NCBI GenBank assembly: GCA_963842085.1
Contig: CAWJET010000001.1
Location: 1,952,001 to 2,016,000, forward strand
Reading direction: 5' to 3'
DNA from: an uncultured delta proteobacterium
GTDB lineage: Bacteria > Desulfobacterota > Binatia > Binatales > Binataceae
DNA length: 64,000 nucleotides
Made by a program: the position numbers and the translations under genes. The notes beneath the pieces are model-generated. The model ran no database searches. It was not told where the DNA came from and saw only the letters and a list, made by a program, of their open reading frames with translations. How positions within the stretch are numbered: the first letter of the stretch is position 1; the number at the start of each line of letters is the position of its first letter. Of the stretch, positions 40,780-50,487 are shown piece by piece.

Positions 40780-42285
40780 ATGGTGCCGACACCTCTGCAG
40801 TCGATGCTGGGATTGGACGCGCTGCATCGCGATTTGCGCACGCTGGTCGAAAGCGTGCTGGTCCTGTTCGGTCTGCTGGGGGCGTTTGCCGTGCGGCGGC
40901 GCAGGCGGGCGGTGACCTCGACGACGTTCCTGCTGCTGTCGGGCAGCGCGCTGATCGACGCCGGCTCGCGCTTCATTCCCAACGAGTTGGTCGGCCAGAA
41001 GGTTGCGGTCGCGGCGTTGGTGCTTTTCCTGTTCGGCGTGATCCGGCTGGTGCTCGAGTTCGTCGACTCGGTGACGCGGCGCGGCAAGGTCCACTTCTCG
41101 ACCATCGGCAAGGACCTGCTGATGCTGGTGTTGTGGTTCGTGGTGCTGATGGTGGTGCTGTACACCGACTTTGGCGTGCAGCCGCTTTCGATCCTGACCA
41201 CCACGACGGTGTTCGCGGCCGTCCTCGGCTTCGCGCTGCAGGAAACGCTGGGCAATATCTTCAGCGGGCTGTCGCTCTCGATGGGGCGGCCGTTCGAGCC
41301 GGGCGACTGGATCCGCAGCGGCCAGTACCTGGGCCGGGTCAAGGGAATCGCGTGGCGTGCGACGACGATCGTGACGCGCGCCGGCGAGCGGCTCGAGGTA
41401 CCCAACTCCGTGATCGCCAAGGACGTGCTGTTCAACTACGCCACCGGCGCAGTGCGCGACGAACTAAAGATCGGCATCAGCTACGGCGTGCCGCCCAATC
41501 ACGTGCGCGAGGTCGTGCTCACCGTTCTGCGCGACGTGCCGCAAGTGCTGCGGGAGCCGCCGCCCGAGGTTCTGGCGTGGAACTATTCCGATTTCTCGAT
41601 TGAGTATCAAATCAAGTACTGGATCGCGGACTACGGGGTGCAGGAACACGTGCGCGATCGGGTCGCGTCGAGCCTGTGGTACGCGCTCCGGCGCCATTCG
41701 ATCGAGATTCCGTTCCCGATCCGCACCGTCCGTCTGCACGACGCGCGCCAGAGCGTGGAAGAGCGAGCCGACGCAGATTTCGAGCGCGAATTGATGGGCG
41801 ACCTGCGCCAGGTCGATTGGCTGCGCGGCCTTAGCGACGAAGAGCTTCGCTTACTGGTGCCGACCGTTTCGGTGCGCCAGTTTGGCGCCGGTGAGATGCT
41901 GGTGCGCGCCGGCGAACCGGGCGAGTCGATGTTCATCGTGCGGAGCGGAAAGGCCGAAGTCTTTGGTCACGCCGCCGACGGCCAGATCCGCCACATTGCC
42001 AATATTGGCCGCGGCGACGTCACCGGCGAGATGGCGCTGATGACGGGCGAACCGCGCAACGCAAGCGTGCGCGCGCTCACTGACCTGGAAGTGATCGAGA
42101 TGGATCGCGAGGGATTCATCCGCCTGTTCAAGGAGCATCCCGACGCCGCCGCCGGCATCGGCGACATTATTGCCGCGCGAAACCGCGACCGGCTGGAGAA
42201 GCTCTCATCGGGCGACGCGACGAACGGCAAGGGCGGACCGCATCGATGGCTGCTGGCCAAGATGCGCGAGCTGTTCGATTTCTGA
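40780..42285 (+). CDS. MscS-family channel with a C-terminal cyclic-nucleotide-binding domain
   Basis: 'GFALQETLGNIFSG', 'PFEPGDWI', 'IEIPFP'; cNMP motif 'GEMALMTGEPRNASVRA'. Confidence 0.9.
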   Translation: MVPTPLQSMLGLDALHRDLRTLVESVLVLFGLLGAFAVRRRRRAVTSTTFLLLSGSALIDAGSRFIPNELVGQKVAVAALVLFLFGVIRLVLEFVDSVTRRGKVHFSTIGKDLLMLVLWFVVLMVVLYTDFGVQPLSILTTTTVFAAVLGFALQETLGNIFSGLSLSMGRPFEPGDWIRSGQYLGRVKGIAWRATTIVTRAGERLEVPNSVIAKDVLFNYATGAVRDELKIGISYGVPPNHVREVVLTVLRDVPQVLREPPPEVLAWNYSDFSIEYQIKYWIADYGVQEHVRDRVASSLWYALRRHSIEIPFPIRTVRLHDARQSVEERADADFERELMGDLRQVDWLRGLSDEELRLLVPTVSVRQFGAGEMLVRAGEPGESMFIVRSGKAEVFGHAADGQIRHIANIGRGDVTGEMALMTGEPRNASVRALTDLEVIEMDREGFIRLFKEHPDAAAGIGDIIAARNRDRLEKLSSGDATNGKGGPHRWLLAKMRELFDF

Positions 42286-42291
42286 GCGGCG

Positions 42292-43560
42292 CTAGGCGAT
42301 TGCGGCCAGGGCGACCTGAAGCTGGCGCAGGTTCCGCGCCGGAACGATAGCCTTCACTTCGCGCGCGTACTGCTTGATCGCACTGTCGCCGGTGCCCCAG
42401 CGCGCGGGATCTTCCGGATTCAGCCACACCACGGCGCGGCAAGAGCGCGCGATCTCGCGGACCAGGTCGGCGCGCGCCGGCAGCCGGTTGTTGCGAGCGT
42501 CGCCCATTATCACGACGAGCGTGCCGCGCGTCAGCAATCCGGTTCGGCGCGCCCAAAGCTCGCCAAGCACGCGGCCGAAATCCGAGCGCGCGTACAGGTC
42601 AAGCGCGGGCGTCATTACCAGATGGCCCTGCTCGAAGTCCGCCTCCGCCATATGGTCCACGTAGACGAAACTACTGACGCGGCGGAAGCATCCGCGCGCG
42701 CCCGCCATCAACTCGAGCATCAACTGCGCCGCGTAGCGGACCGAACCCGAGATGTCGGCGAGGATTACGAGATCGACGTGACGCGGACGGCGCGCGCGGA
42801 AATTGAGATCGACCAGCGCGCCGCCGCGCTGCAGGGCTGCGCGAATCGTGCGGCGGAAGTCGATTCTGCCGGTCGGCGCCAGCCGCAGCCGGCGTCCGAG
42901 CCGAATCCGGAAGCGGCGAATCAGGGGCGCGAGCGCGTCGCGCGCCTCGTCGTAGTCGAGGTCGGAGTATTGGTCGAAGGGCATCCGCTCGATCGCGCGG
43001 ATTCGCGCAACGCGGGCGGCGTCAATACCGGGCGTTGGCGACTCCGCGCGCGCCGCCGCGTCGCGACCCTCCTCGCGGCCGCGCGCCTTATTTGACCGGC
43101 GTTCTGCGTCTTTGTCCTCTGTGTCATGGAGGCGGGACGCCGATGCTTTCTTTGCGGGCCTCGCATCTGACGGTGGCGATTTCTCATCGCGATTGCTCGC
43201 GAGCACGCCTTCGCGAGGCTCTTCGGACTTACGCGGCGGCAAATCGTCGCGCGAAGACGGATGCTCGCCCGCGCGGCCGCGACCGGCTGCAGCGGAGAGC
43301 TGAGCGCCGCGTTGATCGGGATGCTCGCCGCGATCCGCGCGCGGCGCTGCGAAAAAACGGTTGAACGAATCGTTGAAGATCGGGCGGTCAGCCTCGTCTT
43401 TGATCAATGCCGCCGCCAGCGCCTCGTGCATCCGCGCCCGCTCGAGTCCCACCGCCGCGACCGCGTTCATCGCGTCGATCGACTCCGCCACCGAGATTCT
43501 GACGCCGGCGTCCCGCAGCGCGGCGATGAAGTTCACGAGCTGATCGCGAAGCCGGGCCAT
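42292..43560 (-). CDS. VWA-domain CoxE-like protein
   Basis: MIDAS 'DISGSV', 'GDARNN', 'WLNPE', 'WGTGDS'. Confidence 0.88.
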   Translation of the reverse strand: MARLRDQLVNFIAALRDAGVRISVAESIDAMNAVAAVGLERARMHEALAAALIKDEADRPIFNDSFNRFFAAPRADRGEHPDQRGAQLSAAAGRGRAGEHPSSRDDLPPRKSEEPREGVLASNRDEKSPPSDARPAKKASASRLHDTEDKDAERRSNKARGREEGRDAAARAESPTPGIDAARVARIRAIERMPFDQYSDLDYDEARDALAPLIRRFRIRLGRRLRLAPTGRIDFRRTIRAALQRGGALVDLNFRARRPRHVDLVILADISGSVRYAAQLMLELMAGARGCFRRVSSFVYVDHMAEADFEQGHLVMTPALDLYARSDFGRVLGELWARRTGLLTRGTLVVIMGDARNNRLPARADLVREIARSCRAVVWLNPEDPARWGTGDSAIKQYAREVKAIVPARNLRQLQVALAAIA

Positions 43561-43577
43561 CTAACCACGTCGTGAAA

Positions 43578-44450
43578 TCATCGCCGGTGCGGGGCGAGCG
43601 ATGAGGCTTTCGACTCCACCTTGGCGCGATCGTCTTCGTGCTTGAGCAGGACGCCCAGCGCGGTGCGCACCGCGTCGGTGTCGAGTTCGCGCACGCCCAG
43701 GCGCACGAGGGCGCGCGCCCAGTCGAGAGTCTCCGCGATCGACGGCGGCTTGCGCAGTCCGAGCTTGCGAATCGCGCTGACAAAACGCGCCGCCTCGGTC
43801 GCCAGCGTCGCGTCGAGCTCGGGCACCTTGAGCTCAATGATCTTTCGCTCCTGCTCTGTCCCCGGAAAGTCGATGAACAAATGCAGGCATCGGCGGCGCA
43901 GCGCCTCCGATAGTTCGCGTGCGCGATTCGAGGTCAAAATCACGGCCGGCCGCTCGTGCGCCTTCAACGTTCCCAGTTCGGGAACGCTGACCTGGAAGTC
44001 GGACAGCAGTTCGAGCAGAAAGGCCTCGAACTCCTCGTCGGCTTTATCGACCTCGTCGATCAGCAGCACGACGCGATTGGGCGAGGTGATCGCGCGCAGC
44101 AGCGGACGCTCGAGTAAAAAATCGCGCGAGAAAATGTGCTCGCTCAGTTCCTCCCATCGCAGGCCCTCGTTCTCGCCGGCCTGCATGCGCAGGAGTTGCT
44201 TCTGGTAGTTCCATTCGTAGAGCGCGCGCGCCTCGTCGAGTCCCTCGTAACATTGCAGCCGGATGAGTTCGGTGTGGAGAATCTCGGCAAGCACTTTGGC
44301 GACTTCGGTCTTGCCCGAACCGGCGGGACCTTCTATCAGCAGCGGCTTCTCCAGCGCGAGCGCCAGGAAGATCGCGGTCTCGACGCGCTCGTTGGTGACG
44401 TAGCGCGCACGCTTGAGGCCGTCGGAGATCTGCTGGTGGGTGATTTGCAT
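43578..44450 (-). CDS. MoxR/CoxD-type AAA+ ATPase
   Basis: Walker A 'GPAGSGKT', 'LQCYEGLD', Walker B 'LLIDEVDK', 'ALRRRC'. Confidence 0.92.
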   Translation of the reverse strand: MQITHQQISDGLKRARYVTNERVETAIFLALALEKPLLIEGPAGSGKTEVAKVLAEILHTELIRLQCYEGLDEARALYEWNYQKQLLRMQAGENEGLRWEELSEHIFSRDFLLERPLLRAITSPNRVVLLIDEVDKADEEFEAFLLELLSDFQVSVPELGTLKAHERPAVILTSNRARELSEALRRRCLHLFIDFPGTEQERKIIELKVPELDATLATEAARFVSAIRKLGLRKPPSIAETLDWARALVRLGVRELDTDAVRTALGVLLKHEDDRAKVESKASSLAPHRR

Positions 44451-44455
44451 GGCGT

Positions 44456-44884
44456 TCAGCGGCGGTTGATCTTCGGCGCGCGGCGGCGCTCGAGGAAAAT
44501 CCGCGCGCGATGCTTGAGCCCGTCGCGCTCGTCGCGCGGGGTCGCGCGCACCTCTTCGGTGTAGGCCGCCAGCTCGACGCAGAGCCGCTCGATGTCGACG
44601 CCGCCGCGCGCGGGCTTCAGGTCGTCGAGCGCGAGCATCGCCTGCGACATCAGGTTGATCGACGCCTGCCGTCCGCCGCGTTCGAAGCGCAGATGGAGCG
44701 CAGCGGCGATTTGATTGAACGCGACGATGAGCGCTTTCAGATCGTCATCGGCGGCTTGAGATGCCGTCTCGAACATCTCGGCTGCCTCGAAATACGCGCC
44801 CCGGTTGAATGCGGCGATCGCGTCGTCGATCGGCGCAGATGGGGAATCGTTTTTCACGGTTCGCGTTTCACTGTTGGAATTCAC
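44456..44884 (-). CDS. DUF309-like protein
   Basis: 'FNRGAYFEAAEMFE...QIAAALH', although the usual HE is replaced by AE. Confidence 0.65.
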   Translation of the reverse strand: MNSNSETRTVKNDSPSAPIDDAIAAFNRGAYFEAAEMFETASQAADDDLKALIVAFNQIAAALHLRFERGGRQASINLMSQAMLALDDLKPARGGVDIERLCVELAAYTEEVRATPRDERDGLKHRARIFLERRRAPKINRR

Positions 44885-44918
44885 AGCTTAAGAGATGGCG
44901 GACAGATTCAGGATAAGA

Positions 44919-44998
44919 GCAGAATCTTGAATCGCGCGAGGCGCGCTGGACAAGGATCCTCACCTTCGATCCTCTCCCTTACAGGGAGAGGGGAAGAA
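44919..44998. repeat. Family C long repeat
   Basis: GCAGAATC(T/G)TGAATCGCGCG..GCGCGCTG..AAGGA(C/T)CCTCACCTT..ATCCTCTCCCT..CAGGGAGAGG, also at 18869-18945 and 47949-48033. Confidence 0.8.
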
Positions 44999-45808
44999 CT
45001 ACAACTGCTCTTTTTCCTCGACCGCGCGATACTCCGCCTCGCCGAGCGCCTGGGCCTTGCGCGAGCCGTAGCGCTCGTAGAGGTCGAACAGGCTCGACTT
45101 GTGCGGCCGCACCTTGCCGAGCGGGCACTTCTGCCATTCGTCGAGCGACTCGTCGCAGTAGCCCATGCGATTCTCGCCGCACTTGGGCTGCAGGAACACC
45201 GCGATTTCCGGCAGCACGCGCTTGATTTCCGCGCGCATCATCGCGACCATCCGGCGGATTTCCCACTGCGCGCGCACGCACAGGCGCAGATCGCAGATGT
45301 GCAGCATCTCGGCGAAATTCACCATCACGTGGAAATTGGTGGGCGCGGCGTTGGGCAGCACGAAGCGCGCATCCTCGGCGGGGATCCCGGCCTTGAGCGC
45401 TCTCGCGTAGAGTTCGGAGGTCTTCGAAAGCAAATCCGAGAATTCACTCTCCAGCCCCGCGCGCGACCACGAATCCGGCAGCACGAACGCGAGCTTGTCC
45501 CGCTTGAATTTCACGTAGCGCTGGCTTTGCTGCTCGAAGCTGATGCCGATCCGATGGCGCACGAACTGATGCGACAGCGAGCGCGAGACGTTGGCGATCC
45601 CGAACCAGAAGACGATCTGCTCGAGCGGCGAGGCGTGGCCGGTCTTGAGCCGGTCGGTGATGAACTCGCGAATTTTTTCGTGCGTAATCTTCTCGGATTT
45701 GATTTTGTCCCAGACTTCGATTGGCGTGTCGGAGGAATAGCAGGTGCGAAACGCCGCGTAGAGTTTTTCCAGCGGCTGCTGGGCGTAGTCGATCAACTTG
45801 ACTTGCAT
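44999..45808 (-). CDS. thyX: FAD-dependent thymidylate synthase
   Basis: 'GHASPLE', ThyX motif 'RHRIGISFEQQSQRY', 'EDARFVLP', 'AQWEIR'. Confidence 0.95.
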   Translation of the reverse strand: MQVKLIDYAQQPLEKLYAAFRTCYSSDTPIEVWDKIKSEKITHEKIREFITDRLKTGHASPLEQIVFWFGIANVSRSLSHQFVRHRIGISFEQQSQRYVKFKRDKLAFVLPDSWSRAGLESEFSDLLSKTSELYARALKAGIPAEDARFVLPNAAPTNFHVMVNFAEMLHICDLRLCVRAQWEIRRMVAMMRAEIKRVLPEIAVFLQPKCGENRMGYCDESLDEWQKCPLGKVRPHKSSLFDLYERYGSRKAQALGEAEYRAVEEKEQL

Positions 45809-45994
45809 TTTCGCCTGATTTTCCACGCGATCCTGACCTCTCCCGCAAATGGCCGCGCGCTTCACGCCGCCAGCGCCTCTCATCTTATTCCAAGCCGCCG
45901 TGCGACTGCATCAGGGGCGGCCGCTCTTAATCCACACCATGCGTTCCGATTGCGCCAGCCGTGCAGCATTGCAACATTGCCTGTCAGAGCCGTG

Positions 45995-47065
45995 ATGCCT
46001 GCTGTTTCCGCAATCGACGCCGCCTATCGGCAGTTCTTAAAGAGATACCTGTTCGGCCTCGATGCCGAGTATGCGCATCGTCTGACGTTGCGGATGCTTT
46101 CGATGATGCCGCCTTTTCCGGCGCCGCGTGAAAGGCCCGAGCTCGCAATCAAGTTGTGGGGAACCGACTTTCGCAACCCGATCGGGCTCGCCGCCGGCAT
46201 GGACAAGGACGCCGTCGCCATCCGCGGATGGGAGACGCTCGGCTTCGGCTTCGCGGAGCTGGGAACGATAACGCCGCGCCCGCAGACGGGCAATGCAACG
46301 CCGCGGGTCTGGCGCATTGCCGAACGCCGCGCGCTTATCAATCGGCTCGGGTTTCCCAGCGAAGGGATGGAGGCGGTGGCGCCGCGTATCGAGCGCATCC
46401 GCAAGGCCGGGATTTCGATTCGGCTGGGGCTGAACTTCGGGCCGAACAGCAACACTCCGCCCGAGGGGATAGCCGCCGACTACGCCGCCCTGATGCAACG
46501 GCTGGGGCCGCTGGCCGATTTCATCGTCATCAACGTGAGCTCGCCGAATACGCCGGGGCTGCGCAACTGGCAATCGCCGGAGAAAATGAGCGAGTTGTTC
46601 GCCGCGATGCGGGAAAAGGCCGGCGAGTCGCCGCGTCCGGTGCTGGTGAAAATCTCTCCCGACCTCGAACGCAACGAGCTGTTTCGAATTTGCGAAACCG
46701 CGCTCGAGCTCGACGTGGACGGCATCGTCGCGTGCAACACCACGGTTGCGCGCGAGTCCGTTGGCGTCTCGTCACCGCATCCGGGAGGACTGAGCGGTCG
46801 CCCCTTGACGATCCGCGCGCGCGAGTTGATCCGCGACATCTTTACGCACACTCGCGGAAAAATCCCGATCATCGGGGTCGGCGGAGTCGGCAGCGCCGAG
46901 GATGCGTGGCTGCACATCCGCGCCGGGGCCACGCTGGTCGAGCTTTACACCGCCCTCATCTACGAGGGCCCGGGCGTGGCGGAAAGAATCAAAGCGGGAC
47001 TGGCAGACTTGCTCCGCCGCGGTGGATTTCGTTCTATTGGTGAAGCGGTAGGAGTAGACCGGTAG
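45995..47065 (+). CDS. pyrD: Quinone-dependent dihydroorotate dehydrogenase
   Basis: 'NPIGLAAGMDK', 'INRLGF', 'INVSSPNTPGLR', 'VKISPD', 'GGLSG'; start at MPAVSA. Confidence 0.95.
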   Translation: MPAVSAIDAAYRQFLKRYLFGLDAEYAHRLTLRMLSMMPPFPAPRERPELAIKLWGTDFRNPIGLAAGMDKDAVAIRGWETLGFGFAELGTITPRPQTGNATPRVWRIAERRALINRLGFPSEGMEAVAPRIERIRKAGISIRLGLNFGPNSNTPPEGIAADYAALMQRLGPLADFIVINVSSPNTPGLRNWQSPEKMSELFAAMREKAGESPRPVLVKISPDLERNELFRICETALELDVDGIVACNTTVARESVGVSSPHPGGLSGRPLTIRARELIRDIFTHTRGKIPIIGVGGVGSAEDAWLHIRAGATLVELYTALIYEGPGVAERIKAGLADLLRRGGFRSIGEAVGVDR

Positions 47066-47084
47066 GGCCGCGCGCGGAGGCGAT

Positions 47085-47909
47085 TTGAATCAGGAAGAAA
47101 CACAATTGATTGTCGACGCGCGATGGCTCCGCGAGCGTCGCGACGATTCCGATCTGATCCTCATCGACACGCGGCCCGCGAAGGACTTTCACGCCGGGCA
47201 TCTGAGCGGCGCGCGGCACTTCGATCCGTTTCCGTTTCATCACACCGACACGTCCGAGCGCGGCATCGCGGAGTTCGACGCGCAGCTCCAGTGGATATTT
47301 TCGGCGCTCGGAATCACCGGCCGCGAAACCGTCGTGTTTTACGAGAACGAATCCGGAATGCGCGCGGCGCGCGGGCAGTGGGCGCTCGAATACGCGGGAC
47401 ATCCAAGGGCGCAAATGCTCGACGGCGGACTGAAGGCGGCGGGCCGTGAAGGCGAAAAGCTGGTCACGAACGTCGAGAAGTTCGCGCCTGCGGATTTTCA
47501 GCTCAGTCCGCGTGCGGAAATCCTGGCGACGTATCCGCGTCTGCTCGAGCAACTCGGGCGTCCCGGCGTGCAAATCTTCGACGTTCGCAGCGATGCGGAA
47601 TACTTCAGCGAACGCGTCCGCGCGAAACATGGCGGTGCGATTCCGGGCGCGTTCCATCAAGACTGGACCGCAGCGCTGGCCGCCGACGGGACCGTGAAAT
47701 CGCCCGCCGAGCTGCGCGCACAGTTCGAAGCGCTCGGTCTCGAGCCCGCCAACGAGATAATTCCGTACTGCCAGGGCGGCTACCGCGCCGCGCATGCGTA
47801 CCTCGCGCTCAAAATCGCCGGCTACCCGAAGGTGAGAAACTATCTCGGGTCGTGGGCGGAATGGGGCAACCGCGACGACCTGCCAATCGAGCATCCGCGG
47901 CGCAAGTAG
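47085..47909 (+). CDS. Tandem-rhodanese sulfurtransferase
   Basis: 'GHLSGA', 'LDGG', 'GAIPGA', catalytic 'YCQGGYRA', 'YLGSWAEW'. Confidence 0.92.
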   Translation: MNQEETQLIVDARWLRERRDDSDLILIDTRPAKDFHAGHLSGARHFDPFPFHHTDTSERGIAEFDAQLQWIFSALGITGRETVVFYENESGMRAARGQWALEYAGHPRAQMLDGGLKAAGREGEKLVTNVEKFAPADFQLSPRAEILATYPRLLEQLGRPGVQIFDVRSDAEYFSERVRAKHGGAIPGAFHQDWTAALAADGTVKSPAELRAQFEALGLEPANEIIPYCQGGYRAAHAYLALKIAGYPKVRNYLGSWAEWGNRDDLPIEHPRRK

Positions 47910-47948
47910 AATGCGTGCGCAACCTTAGAGCAGGCATTCGGAGGAGAG

Positions 47949-48033
47949 GCAGAATCGTGAATCGCGCGCGAAGGAGCGCGCTGCAAAAGGACCCTCACCT
48001 TCGATCCTCTCCCTGGCAGGGAGAGGGGAAGAA
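47949..48033. repeat. Family C long repeat
   Basis: Aligns with 44919-44998 and 18869-18945. Confidence 0.8.
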
Positions 48034-48063
48034 GCTCGGAAGCGGAAACAAGAAAATCAGCCG

Positions 48064-48681
48064 ATGCCGCCAATTTTGATTCTCACGGGGTTCGAGCCGT
48101 GGCGCGGCGAGCGGATAAATCCGTCGTGGGAAGTTGCGCGCCGATTCGACGGCGAGGTGATTGGCGGCTTGCAGATAAAGTCGGTGCGCGTGCCGGTCGG
48201 ATGCGCCAAGGCGGCGCGGCGCATTACCGGCGCGATCGTGCGCTACCGGCCACGCGCAGTGATCGGACTCGGCGAAGCGGGTGGCAGGCCGGCCGTCTCA
48301 CTGGAGAGAATCGCGATCAATCTCGCCGACGAACGCGGCGCGCTCGCCAAAAGCGGCGACCCCGGATTCACGCCCGTGATTCGCGGCGGACCCGACGCGT
48401 ACTTCTCGCGATTGCCGCTGCGCGCGATCATCCGCGAGCTCGATCGCAAAGAGATTCCCGCGAGCGTATCGCTAAGCGCCGGCGTGTACGCATGCAACGC
48501 GCTGATGTACGCGGCGCTGCATGACCTGCGGCGCAAGCCCGGCATCCCGGTGGGATTCATCCATCTGCCGTACGAGGCGCGCCAGGCGGGGCGTCATCGC
48601 AGCCTGCCCAGCATGCCACTGACGCTGATGGAGAGCGCGGTGCGCATTGCAATTGTCGAGACCGCGCGCGCGGCGAAGTGA
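48064..48681 (+). CDS. pcp: Pyroglutamyl-peptidase I
   Basis: 'TGFEPW', 'NPSW', 'LERIAIN', 'SAGVYACN', 'GFIHLP'. Confidence 0.93.
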   Translation: MPPILILTGFEPWRGERINPSWEVARRFDGEVIGGLQIKSVRVPVGCAKAARRITGAIVRYRPRAVIGLGEAGGRPAVSLERIAINLADERGALAKSGDPGFTPVIRGGPDAYFSRLPLRAIIRELDRKEIPASVSLSAGVYACNALMYAALHDLRRKPGIPVGFIHLPYEARQAGRHRSLPSMPLTLMESAVRIAIVETARAAK

Positions 48682-48692
48682 AATCCAGACGA

Positions 48693-48815
48693 GGAACTTT
48701 ATTGAATGTGAAACCCCCGGTGGGTTTCACGCTTCCTTCGGCAGGGGTGTCGCCACCGGCGCGGACCCCTGCACCCAACGGCTTTTGTCATTCAGAGCGA
48801 AGCGAAGAATCCCGG
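48693..48815 (+). repeat. Composite family A+B repeat
   Basis: GTGAAACCC/GGGTTTCAC hairpin, GCAGGGGT/ACCCCTGC hairpin, then GTCATTCAGAGCGAAGCGAAGAATCCCGG. Confidence 0.85.
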
Positions 48816-48833
48816 ATCTCTTTGCTTGCCCGC

Positions 48834-49811
48834 TTACTTGATTGCGACGGCGTTGGGGGGCGAGGCGATGCCGCCCTCCAGGTTCATCGGGACCGACACC
48901 AGCATGAAATCGTAACGCTTGTCGGCGGCGCAATCCGCGGCCAGGTCCTCGAGGTTGAACTGCTCGCCGATCGGCAGGCCGAGCAGGCATAGGGTGCGGT
49001 AGTGCAGCGCGCCCTCGTTCTTGAAGTCCCACGGCCACGGCTCGACGGCGGGACAATCGGTGCCGACCGCGGCAACGCGATGATCCCAGAACCATTCGAC
49101 CATCGCGCTGCTGTCCTCGATGCCGCACGCTTTGAGCCCGTCCAGCGGCGCCATCGCGGCCTTGTCCGCCGGCGACGCGGCCAGGTACGCCTGCATCCAG
49201 CCCGTGCGAATCAGCAGGATCGTGCCCGGCTTCAGCTCGACCCCGTCGGCGACGGCGGTCTCCTTCAAATCGTCGAGGCTGTATTTTTCCGACTTGAGCG
49301 GATCGATCGTGCGGCCATGCGAGATGCGGTAGCGGAACACGTCGAGCAGCACGGCACGGCCGACAAACTTGTTGGCCCATTTGTGGATGCTAAGGCGCCC
49401 GCCTGGGCCGTCCTTGATCTCGCCGGATTTCACGCCGTTGTAGAACGCCTTGTAGCGCGGGCTGCCGACGTGCGCGAGGCCGTCCCACTGGCTGCCCTCC
49501 TGCGTGTTGTAGCTGTCGAGCGAGTCGTCGAAACCGAGCAGGCCGAAGCTCTCGAAGCTCATGATGTTGTGCTTGGCGGGACGGCGCGCGAAGAGAGGCG
49601 GGTTAGCGTAATTGATTTTAGTATCGAGCCGGAAGACGGAGCCCTTGCGCACCAGGCGCGCCGCGTCGATCACGCCTTCGGGCGTCAGGAAATTCAGGCA
49701 TCCGAGTTCGTCGTCGTCGCCGAACACGCCCCACGACGACTCTTTGGGCTTGTTTGGCTTGATCGGGAGTTCGGAGAAGCGGGGAACTTTGTTGAGATCG
49801 ATTTTTGCCAT
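48834..49811 (-). CDS. Cyclase-family (kynurenine formamidase-like) metallohydrolase
   Basis: 'GCLNFLTP', 'SQWDGLAH', 'LIRTGW', 'GLPIGEQFNLE', 'ASPPNAVA'. Confidence 0.87.
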   Translation of the reverse strand: MAKIDLNKVPRFSELPIKPNKPKESSWGVFGDDDELGCLNFLTPEGVIDAARLVRKGSVFRLDTKINYANPPLFARRPAKHNIMSFESFGLLGFDDSLDSYNTQEGSQWDGLAHVGSPRYKAFYNGVKSGEIKDGPGGRLSIHKWANKFVGRAVLLDVFRYRISHGRTIDPLKSEKYSLDDLKETAVADGVELKPGTILLIRTGWMQAYLAASPADKAAMAPLDGLKACGIEDSSAMVEWFWDHRVAAVGTDCPAVEPWPWDFKNEGALHYRTLCLLGLPIGEQFNLEDLAADCAADKRYDFMLVSVPMNLEGGIASPPNAVAIK

Positions 49812-49844
49812 CGCATCAGCTCCTTGGCGAAAAAGTGCGGTCCT

Positions 49845-50294
49845 TCAGGGCGTCCATTGGTAGAGCACGTCGGCTTCGCGCTCCATGTTGGTGGCGCCGT
49901 CGGTAAATTTCCTTGCGATGAAGCCGCGCGCCTCGTAAAAGCGACGCGCGGGAGCATTGCGCTGGAACGCCCAGAGCCGAAGTCCGGCGGGGCGAAGCCG
50001 CTTGGCATGCGCGAGCATCGCGTCGCCGACGCCGCGGCGCTGGTCGTCAGGCGCAACGTAAAATTGATCGACCTCGTCGTCGTGGAGCACCAGCACGGCG
50101 ACGATCCGGCCATCAATCTCGGCGACCCAGCACTCGCGCTCCGGGATCATCCGATGGATCACGAACGCGCGAATCTCCGCGTCGGTGCCGACGGTCGGCA
50201 GGTATTCGGCAGCGCCGCGCCGCGAGGCGATATACACCGTCGCTACTTCGGGCGCATCGGCGGCGGTCGCGCGTCGGAATGAAACAGCCATCAA
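49845..50294 (-). CDS. GNAT-family N-acetyltransferase
   Basis: 'YVAPDDQRRGVG' and 'NAPARRFYEARGF'. Confidence 0.88.
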   Translation of the reverse strand: MMAVSFRRATAADAPEVATVYIASRRGAAEYLPTVGTDAEIRAFVIHRMIPERECWVAEIDGRIVAVLVLHDDEVDQFYVAPDDQRRGVGDAMLAHAKRLRPAGLRLWAFQRNAPARRFYEARGFIARKFTDGATNMEREADVLYQWTP

Positions 50295-50487
50295 TGTCGG
50301 TCTCCGCCCGAAAGCGGTGCGCTGTCAAGAAGCGGTGGAGCAAGCACGCCTGACTGCGAAGGCAAGCGTTGCGCGTCAGGAACAATCACGCGACCTGCTG
50401 AAACCCTTCGGGTCGAAGCTGCGTACCGTTTGTGATATTTAACTCACTGTTGTTTTTTTTGACCGGAAGGGCCGGAAAAGGGCTCGA

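Noticed and set aside
44510-45994. N-terminal part of the 851-aa ORF upstream of pyrD, a possible fusion
   Set aside because: It is the antisense of thyX and the DUF309-like gene and crosses a repeat; the PyrD-like sequence only begins near 45995.
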